A DNA stretch of 64,000 nucleotides from Candidatus Calditenuis fumarioli (GTDB lineage: Archaea; Thermoproteota; Nitrososphaeria_A; Caldarchaeales; Calditenuaceae). A program made the position numbers and the translations under genes. The DNA lies in assembly GCA_030059665.1 (NCBI GenBank), contig JANVYR010000001.1:224001-288000 (forward strand). The letters are read 5' to 3'. The notes beneath the pieces are model-generated. The model was not told the DNA's origin. It searched no databases and saw only the letters and a program-made list of their open reading frames with translations. Of the stretch, positions 57,531 to 64,000 are shown one piece after another (the first letter of the stretch is position 1; each line of letters opens with the position of its first letter).

Positions 57531-58079
57531 TCAACCAGACTCCGCGGGGACGAAGGCGTAGGTCAGGTAGTTCTCCGGCATCCTCCGCTCGACCACCAGC
57601 CTCACGTCCATGCCGATCTTGATCTGACTCGGATCCTTCGCCTTGAGCCAGGCGAGCACGTTGAAGCCCTCCTTCATCCGTGCGATGGCGACGACGTAGT
57701 CATCGTAGTGCATGAAGCTGGTGGGCTTGACGTTGATGACCGTGTACGTCAGCAGCTTCCCGGGCCCCTCGATCGGCCTCCACTCCATCTCGGTGCTGCC
57801 GCATTTCGAGCAGTCCGCCTGCGGCGGGAAGAACCTGAAGCCGCACGATTTGCACTCGGTGTAGAGGACCTGGTCCTGCTGGAGCCCCTCGAAGAACCGC
57901 TGGATCCGCTTGACGGGGATCAGGTACCTGAGCCTGAGCTCGCGTTGGTCGAAATACAGCGGGTCGCCCGTCTTCTCGTCCCTGACGATGGGCAGGCCCG
58001 TCCTGACCTTCTCCTGTTCGACCGATTCGAGCCACATCTTGATGAAAGCCTCGATCTGGTCCCTGGGGATGCCGCTCAT
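57531..58079 (-). CDS. DUF35-type Zn-ribbon/OB-fold protein
   Basis: CKSC..FFPPQADCSKC followed by an OB fold ending IKIGMDV. Confidence 0.88.
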   Translation of the reverse strand: MSGIPRDQIEAFIKMWLESVEQEKVRTGLPIVRDEKTGDPLYFDQRELRLRYLIPVKRIQRFFEGLQQDQVLYTECKSCGFRFFPPQADCSKCGSTEMEWRPIEGPGKLLTYTVINVKPTSFMHYDDYVVAIARMKEGFNVLAWLKAKDPSQIKIGMDVRLVVERRMPENYLTYAFVPAESG

Positions 58080-58124
58080 TTCGCACTAATTCAGCTCCCG
58101 CGGTATATCCGTCTATCGCGACGA

Positions 58125-59318
58125 TTACGGACCGCGGGCCTCTGTCACGTCGGCCCTGAGACCGAGGGCGGCGAGCGCGAGCACCGGGAGCGCGATCAAG
58201 GCCATCGTCCCAAAGGGGCCGGTCGGCAGACCCGAGGCAAAGATCAGCGCGGAGAGCGGAGACCCGACCGCAACGCCGAGCAGACCAGATGCGTTCAGGA
58301 TCCCTGAGGCCGTTCCCCTGACCTCGCGGGGCAGCGAGAGGGCGATGTAGCTCGAAGCGTGGAAGACGAAGCCGAGGGCCACCGAGAAGACCAGAGCCGC
58401 CATCAGCCTCATCCAGGACGCCTGGACTCCTAGCTGGAGGAGGGCGGAGCTCGCAGAGACGGCCACGAGTCCGACCGTAAGCGCGGCGTTCGGCCTCCAC
58501 TTCCCTGCGACCCTGGAGGAGGCGAAGAAGAACGGTATCGAGAGGCCCGTGGAGACGGCCATGAACACCCCTATCTGGGCCGCGGCCGACCTCTCGTCCA
58601 TCCCTACCGCCTTCACGAGCAGCGAGGGCAGGGTTCCAACGACACCGCCGATGACGAGGTAGAGCGCGAGCATCGAGAGGGAGGCCGTGACCACCGGTAA
58701 GGCGAACTCCGATATGCCGTGTCCCCGACCGCGATCTTCGTCGATGACCGCGCTCTCTGGCTGCAGGGGCCTAGCGATGAGAGCGTACACGCAAACGGCC
58801 GCTGTGATCGCCGCTACCGTGGCGTAGACGCCGCCAAACCCGTACCTCAGAACCAGCGCCGTGGCGGAACCTGAACCCATCACGATGGAGATCGCGACGA
58901 AGGTCCAGAAGACCGCGAGCGTTCTACCCAAGGTCTGCCGGAATACGTCACCGATCGCGGCGAGGGCGGATGGGACGACGAACGAGTCGGAGACCGCGTG
59001 GAGCGCCCTGAAGACCAGCAGGTGAAGCGGTGTGGGCGAGTACGCGTAGCCCATCATCACGGCCGCGTCCACGAGGAGTCCCATAATCATGGGCCGAGTC
59101 CTTCCTATCCTGTCGACGACGATCCCAGCTATCGCGCTCATCGGAATCGCGATCATCGAGTACAACGCCGCGATGACCGAGGCCAGCAACTCGTCGGCGC
59201 CTAGCGAGAGGGCGTGTGAAGCTATGACCGGTGAGATCATCGATGTGTCGATCAGCGACGCGAACCCTATCGCCCCTACGCCGGCTATCGACCTCGCTGA
59301 TGCCACGCCCGGATCCAC
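58125..59318 (-). CDS. MFS transporter
   Basis: About 12 TM helices; GIVVDRIGR motif A. Confidence 0.88.
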   Translation of the reverse strand: MDPGVASARSIAGVGAIGFASLIDTSMISPVIASHALSLGADELLASVIAALYSMIAIPMSAIAGIVVDRIGRTRPMIMGLLVDAAVMMGYAYSPTPLHLLVFRALHAVSDSFVVPSALAAIGDVFRQTLGRTLAVFWTFVAISIVMGSGSATALVLRYGFGGVYATVAAITAAVCVYALIARPLQPESAVIDEDRGRGHGISEFALPVVTASLSMLALYLVIGGVVGTLPSLLVKAVGMDERSAAAQIGVFMAVSTGLSIPFFFASSRVAGKWRPNAALTVGLVAVSASSALLQLGVQASWMRLMAALVFSVALGFVFHASSYIALSLPREVRGTASGILNASGLLGVAVGSPLSALIFASGLPTGPFGTMALIALPVLALAALGLRADVTEARGP

Positions 59319-59433
59319 AGGAGTGCACTCTATAAGCTTGCGGTTTCGTCAACAATCGGGCAGAGGATTGTGGAAACCACCAAAGTGAAACCGGAACCGA
59401 GCCGAGCGATCTCAGACCGGACGGAGGGTGGGG

Positions 59434-60024
59434 CTACCGGGAGGCGAGCGCTATCCTCTCCTGCTCGACCTTCTTCTTGATCGCGTAGCTCCTCACGTCG
59501 TTGGAGGCGGCCGCGATGATCTCGTCGGCGAGCGCCTCGTCGATAGTCCTCACGTTCCTGAAGGAGCTGAGCCGGGCCCCCTCTGCCAGCCACCGGAGGG
59601 CCAGGTCGAGCCTCCTCTGGGGAGAGATATCGACGGCCTTGAAGTAGGTGATCCCTCCGTAGGTCACCCTCGTGGTGTCCTCCCGCGGCGCGGCGTTCTC
59701 TATCGCCCTCACCAGGACCTGGATCGGGTTCTCCCCAGTCCGGAGCTGGATGATGTGGAGCGCGTTCAGGACTGCCCTCAGCGCCTTCTGCTTCTTGCCC
59801 CCGTTCTTCCCCGGCCTCATCAGCATGTTGGCGAGCCTCTCGACGACGTTCACTTTCGCTTTCCCGAAGCGCCGGTGCTCGTGCCTCCCTCCGCTGTGTG
59901 GCAGCACGATGGGTGAGAGCGCTATGTACGCCCTCAGCCCAGGGTCCCTCACCTCGACCTGCGAGAGGTCCCACTGGTGGAACAGCCTGAGCGGCGGCAG
60001 CCTCACCTCTTCCTCCTGCGCCAA
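59434..60024 (-). CDS. rps7: 30S ribosomal protein uS7 (archaeal)
   Basis: [20 protein letters not shown] and [10 protein letters not shown]. Confidence 0.96.
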   Translation of the reverse strand: MAQEEEVRLPPLRLFHQWDLSQVEVRDPGLRAYIALSPIVLPHSGGRHEHRRFGKAKVNVVERLANMLMRPGKNGGKKQKALRAVLNALHIIQLRTGENPIQVLVRAIENAAPREDTTRVTYGGITYFKAVDISPQRRLDLALRWLAEGARLSSFRNVRTIDEALADEIIAAASNDVRSYAIKKKVEQERIALASR

Positions 60025-60129
60025 CCCGGAGCATTCCTGAGGCCCCGTTATGTAAACCTGAGCGGACGGGGGAGGGGAACGCTGGGAGGACCGTCACGGT
60101 TAATGAGGCGGCGCGAGCTTTCGGTCTTG

Positions 60130-60204
60130 GGGCCCGTGGCCTAGCCTGGATAAGGCGGCGGCCTCCTAAGCCGCAGATCCCCGGTTCAAATCCGGGCGGG
60201 CCCG
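60130..60204 (+). tRNA. tRNA-Arg (anticodon CCT), no intron, CCA not encoded
   Basis: Acceptor GGGCCCG/CGGGCCC, anticodon arm GCGGC-CTCCTAA-GCCGC and T-loop GGTTCAAATCC. Confidence 0.96.
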
Positions 60205-60470
60205 TGGGTATCTAATGGCAATTCGCAGGGAATGAGGGAGCGGATTTTGAAGTTTGTAACGACGCGACCGCAGATGGTGTGCCCACTCTCCAGCGCCGAT
60301 CAGATGGATTCGGGGCCGTCTACAGCTCCATTGATAATAGAATACCGTTATTCGGCCCGACTTTCGACAATCCGTCGTCTTCGCTTTGGCAATCCGCAAG
60401 GGCGATTACATGCTCCTTCCCCATCTGAGGCCCTCAAACGGAAAACGCAATATGACGCCAATGGAGGCCG

Positions 60471-61379
60471 GTGGCGTTGAGGACGCTGATCGGGTCGGGC
60501 GCCGTCGAATCGCTAGAAGCCTGGCACGAGGCTGACGCCATCAAGGTCAGGGTGAGGCTCAGGTCCGGAGTTCACGTGAACTCGGTCACCACCGGTCTCC
60601 TACGCTACATGTTCGGCGGGTATCTCGATCCGTTCACGTTCACAATGCAGCACACGGAGGTGGATTTCCTCGAGGTCGAGCAATCGAATCCGATTACAGC
60701 GCGGAGCGGCGAGCTGGAGCTCGCTATCCCTGCCGGGCGAGTAGCGCGAGGGATGCTGTGGGAGTACGAGACGATGGGGACTATAGTGGCCCCTGGGTTG
60801 AAGGTTGACCTCAAGGGAAGGCCTGACGTAGTGGTGATGCTGATGAGACCTCCAGGGCCTGACGCTCGCATCGTTGCAGACAAGAGCAGGCTAACGGCGT
60901 CGTCCGGTGACGGGTGGGCGTTCGCCGGGTTGGAGAGCTCCCCGAGCGGCGGGCTGAGGATCGAGGTCACCTCGGGTGGTCGCGGCTTCAGCGGGGTCAA
61001 GGTGGAGGTCAGGAGGAGCGTCGAGTGGTGCCCGATGTACACGACGATGTTGAACGAGATCTCCCAGGTGGAGAAGATCGCCTCCTTCGAGCCCGGCAGC
61101 CCGGGTGTAGTCGAGTGGCGCCCCGATTACCCCGTGTACGAGCCCTTCCTGGCGGCGCTCTCAACCCAGCCGAGTTACGACGAGATCCTGAGGTTGCTGG
61201 ACATGATGGGCATCGAGGCCCGGCGCGACCTCTTCCGGATGATGATAGTTCTGGGTAGGCCCCACTACGTCCTCGCGGACCTGAAGCCGGTTAGGACGAA
61301 GCTGAGGGTCTGCATGAGCAGGCGTCTGAGGAGGGACGTCGTCGACGAGACCGAGCTCCGGCTTGAGGGCCTGGAGTAG
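60471..61379 (+). CDS. Hypothetical protein
   Basis: 302-aa ORF with plausible codon use and beta-rich pattern; no recognised motif. Confidence 0.65.
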   Translation: MALRTLIGSGAVESLEAWHEADAIKVRVRLRSGVHVNSVTTGLLRYMFGGYLDPFTFTMQHTEVDFLEVEQSNPITARSGELELAIPAGRVARGMLWEYETMGTIVAPGLKVDLKGRPDVVVMLMRPPGPDARIVADKSRLTASSGDGWAFAGLESSPSGGLRIEVTSGGRGFSGVKVEVRRSVEWCPMYTTMLNEISQVEKIASFEPGSPGVVEWRPDYPVYEPFLAALSTQPSYDEILRLLDMMGIEARRDLFRMMIVLGRPHYVLADLKPVRTKLRVCMSRRLRRDVVDETELRLEGLE

Positions 61380-61420
61380 CAGGAGCCCGTGGATCCTCTT
61401 ATTTGCGTCCATCGCAACCG

Positions 61421-62560
61421 ATGCTGGAGGGGATAGCGACCAGTGCGGTCTGCGGAACCACCTCCGCCCTGATATCGAGGTCGATAGGCGTCTGCAAGAG
61501 GTGCCTCGTCGAGTCGGAGAAGGGGCTCGAGGTGGCCATCTCCAACCACAGGCGCTTACGTTCGGAGTTCGGGCTCCCTCCTGAACCTCCGAGGACGAAG
61601 GGAGGGCTGCCGTGCAACCTCTGCGCCGCGAACTGCGTGATCGGTGAGGGCGAGGCTGGTTACTGCGGCATCAGGGGTGTCGGGAACGGAAGGCTCTGGA
61701 GCCTCTCGACGACGGAGCAGGGCCTCCTCCACTACTACCTCGACCCTCACGTGACCAACTGCTGCAACGCCTGGTGGTGCCCCGCTGCCACGGGTTGCGG
61801 CTACCCGAGGTACGCGGTCACCAGCGGTCCCGAGGTCGGACACTTCAATCTCGCGCTGTTCTTCTACGGTTGCTCCTTCAACTGCCTCTTCTGCCAGAAC
61901 TGGACCCACAAGGTACTGAGCTGCGGTAAGCGCGTTTCCGCCAGGGAGCTCGTCGAGCTCACCCTCTCGAACCCAAGGATCACCTGCTGGTGCTGGTTCG
62001 GTTGGTCGCCAGAGCCGCAGCTGCCGTTCGCGCTGAACGCGTCGAGGCTCCTGGTCGAGTCGAAGGGAGAACGGGTCTGTAGGATTTGCTGGGAGTGGAA
62101 CGGCGACGGACATCCCGCGCTGGTCAGGAGGGCGGCCGAGCTGTCGCAGGTTACGTGCGGGAACGTGAAGTTCGACCTGAAGGCGTTCGACGGGAGGGTG
62201 CACGTGGCCCTGACTGGGATGAGCAACAGGCGGACGCTGGAGAACTTTGAGCTGGTCTGCAGGGAGTTCTTCGACGCCCGGCCCGAACCTCCGGTTCTCG
62301 GCGCCACCACGCTCCTGGTGCCGCACTACGTAGACGCCGAGGAGGTCTCGAGGATAGCGGAGTTCATCGCGAGCATCGACGACCGCATCCCCTACAGCCT
62401 ACTGGTCTTCCACCCAGACTTCAGGATGGACGACGTCCCCGTGACGCCGGAGAGGCAGGTCTGGGAGTGCTACAGGGCTGCGCGGAGGCACCTCAAGAGG
62501 GTGAACGTTGGGAACCTGCACCTGCTCTATTGGCCGGCAGGGATTCGCCCGCTGGCGTGA
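61421..62560 (+). CDS. Radical SAM protein (AmmeMemoRadiSam/PflX-like)
   Basis: CNLCAANC..CG N-terminal cluster and GCSFNCLFCQNW (CxxxCxxC). Confidence 0.88.
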   Translation: MLEGIATSAVCGTTSALISRSIGVCKRCLVESEKGLEVAISNHRRLRSEFGLPPEPPRTKGGLPCNLCAANCVIGEGEAGYCGIRGVGNGRLWSLSTTEQGLLHYYLDPHVTNCCNAWWCPAATGCGYPRYAVTSGPEVGHFNLALFFYGCSFNCLFCQNWTHKVLSCGKRVSARELVELTLSNPRITCWCWFGWSPEPQLPFALNASRLLVESKGERVCRICWEWNGDGHPALVRRAAELSQVTCGNVKFDLKAFDGRVHVALTGMSNRRTLENFELVCREFFDARPEPPVLGATTLLVPHYVDAEEVSRIAEFIASIDDRIPYSLLVFHPDFRMDDVPVTPERQVWECYRAARRHLKRVNVGNLHLLYWPAGIRPLA

Positions 62561-62607
62561 TCATCAAAGATATCCTGATATTATGCGAATTCTCGCGACA
62601 TATCTGG

Positions 62608-63102
62608 ATGAGGTGGTTCTTCGGACCGGGACCGTGGCACGGGTTCAGGTGGATCACACGGGGGGACATGAGGATACTGGTCCTGGAGGCGCTCGCCGAC
62701 GGACCGAAGAGGGGGTACGAGGTGATCAAGGCCATCAGGGACAGGTTCCACGGCCTTTACTCGCCCAGTCCCGGAGCGGTCTACCCGACGCTTCAGCTCC
62801 TGGAGGACGAGGGGCTCGTGGCGTCTGAGGTCCTGGACGGCAAGAGGGTCTACCGGATAACGGACGAGGGCAGGAGGTTCCTCGAGGAGCGGAAGGACAG
62901 GGCGCGGGAGCTGCTCGAGAAGGGAAGGAAGGTGATGGGCGCGGAGGCCGCTGAGCTGATGGACGCCGCGCGCTCGCTGGCATTGACGGTCTTCCAAGCC
63001 TACGCGACGCTTCCGCCGGAGAGGTTGCTCGAGGTGGCGGAGGTCCTGAGGGAGGCGAGGGTCAAGGTCCTGAGGGTGATAGGAGGGGGAGGGAGCGGTT
63101 GA
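62608..63102 (+). CDS. PadR-family transcriptional regulator
   Basis: GYEVIK, SPGAVYPTL..LEDEGLV and RVYRITDEG. Confidence 0.92.
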   Translation: MRWFFGPGPWHGFRWITRGDMRILVLEALADGPKRGYEVIKAIRDRFHGLYSPSPGAVYPTLQLLEDEGLVASEVLDGKRVYRITDEGRRFLEERKDRARELLEKGRKVMGAEAAELMDAARSLALTVFQAYATLPPERLLEVAEVLREARVKVLRVIGGGGSG

Positions 63103-64000
63103 GGGCGATAGAGGCGGAGGGCCTCAGGAAGGTCTTCGGGAGAGTGGTGGCGCTCGACGGCGTCTCCTTCACCGTCGAGGAGGGGGAGGTCTTCGGGCTC
63201 CTCGGCCCCAACGGCGCCGGGAAGACCACGACCATCAGCATCCTCACCACCCTGATCAGGCCGACCTCCGGATCGGCTAGGGTCTGGGGCTACGACGTCA
63301 GGACCGAGACCTCCAAGGTGAGGAGCGTGATAGGCCTTGTACCCCAAGACCTGACGGTGGACGACGAGCTCACCGGGCTCGAGAACCTGAGGCTGATGGC
63401 CGCGCTCTACCACGTCCCCAAGGACGTCGCGGAGCGGAGGATCGAGGAGGTCCTGGAGCTGGTGGACCTCAAGGAGGCAGCGGGGAGGAGGGTCGAGACC
63501 TACTCGGGAGGGATGAGGAAGAGGCTTGAGCTGGCGGCAGCGCTCGTCCACAGACCCAAGGTCCTCTTCCTCGATGAGCCGACGCTCGGGCTCGACGTGC
63601 AGACCAGGGCCCACATCTGGGACTACATCAGGAGGCTGGTGAGGGAAGAGCAGCTGACGGTGCTGATGACGACGCACTACATGGACGAGGCCGACGCCAA
63701 CTGCGACCGGATAGCCGTCATCGATCGGGGGAGGATCATGGCCATAGGAACCCCGAGGGAGCTGAAGGTGAAGCACGGGTCCGACGTGATAGAGCTGGAG
63801 GTGCAGGGCGACGGCTTTGACCTGCAGAACCTGGTGAAGGGCGTGGAAGGCGTGACGGACGTCCGCGTCTCGGGCAACAGGATCTCGGTCAGGGTCGTCA
63901 GGGGCGAGGAGGTGCTGCCGGAGCTGATGCGGAGGATGATCTCGAGCGGCCTATCGGTGAGCAGGATCGAGATGAGGAGGCCGACGCTCGACGAGGTCTT
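63099..64000 (+). CDS. DrrA-like ABC exporter ATPase (runs off window end)
   Basis: Hand translation from TTG 63099: LLGPNGAGKTT, YSGGMRKRL, FLDEPTLGLD and TTHYMDEA. Not in the ORF track. Confidence 0.92.
   Translation, partial: MRAIEAEGLRKVFGRVVALDGVSFTVEEGEVFGLLGPNGAGKTTTISILTTLIRPTSGSARVWGYDVRTETSKVRSVIGLVPQDLTVDDELTGLENLRLMAALYHVPKDVAERRIEEVLELVDLKEAAGRRVETYSGGMRKRLELAAALVHRPKVLFLDEPTLGLDVQTRAHIWDYIRRLVREEQLTVLMTTHYMDEADANCDRIAVIDRGRIMAIGTPRELKVKHGSDVIELEVQGDGFDLQNLVKGVEGVTDVRVSGNRISVRVVRGEEVLPELMRRMISSGLSVSRIEMRRPTLDEV

Overview
High-GC archaeal chromosome segment. Taxonomy is inferred only from gene content: archaeal rps7, Sec61beta, an ESCRT-III/CdvB paralog, a KaiC-COG1318 pair and a Rieske-cytochrome b pair without c1 point to a thermophilic TACK archaeon, plausibly Aigarchaeota/Caldarchaeales. 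Most of the window is housekeeping and metabolism: carA (partial), ppdK, an OFOR beta subunit, PMM, argG, pyrD, malic enzyme, a Liv ABC transporter, Tat and tRNA-Arg(CCT). Two regions stand out. (1) A lower-GC island at about 7.85-9.65 kb encodes a 340-aa IS110-like DEDD (RuvC-fold) protein that appears to lack the IS110 catalytic serine loop. It is bracketed by a 10-bp direct repeat and followed by a strongly structured non-coding tract and a 26-bp inverted repeat. (2) An 11-kb cluster (16.5-27.5 kb) holds two xanthine-dehydrogenase-family Mo-hydroxylases, carbamate kinase, a YgeW-like transcarbamylase and an SsnA-like amidohydrolase, resembling bacterial anaerobic purine/urate catabolism. 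Other notable small genes are a Lys/Ala-rich H1-tail-like peptide, a C4HC3 RING-like protein, a SerK-like gene beside cysteine synthase, and a YHS plus CopZ-like pair. carA, the YHS gene, Sec61beta, the terminal ABC ATPase and the tRNA are absent from the ORF track and were read by hand. All family assignments come from recognised motifs; no database search was run. No CRISPR array or rRNA was seen.
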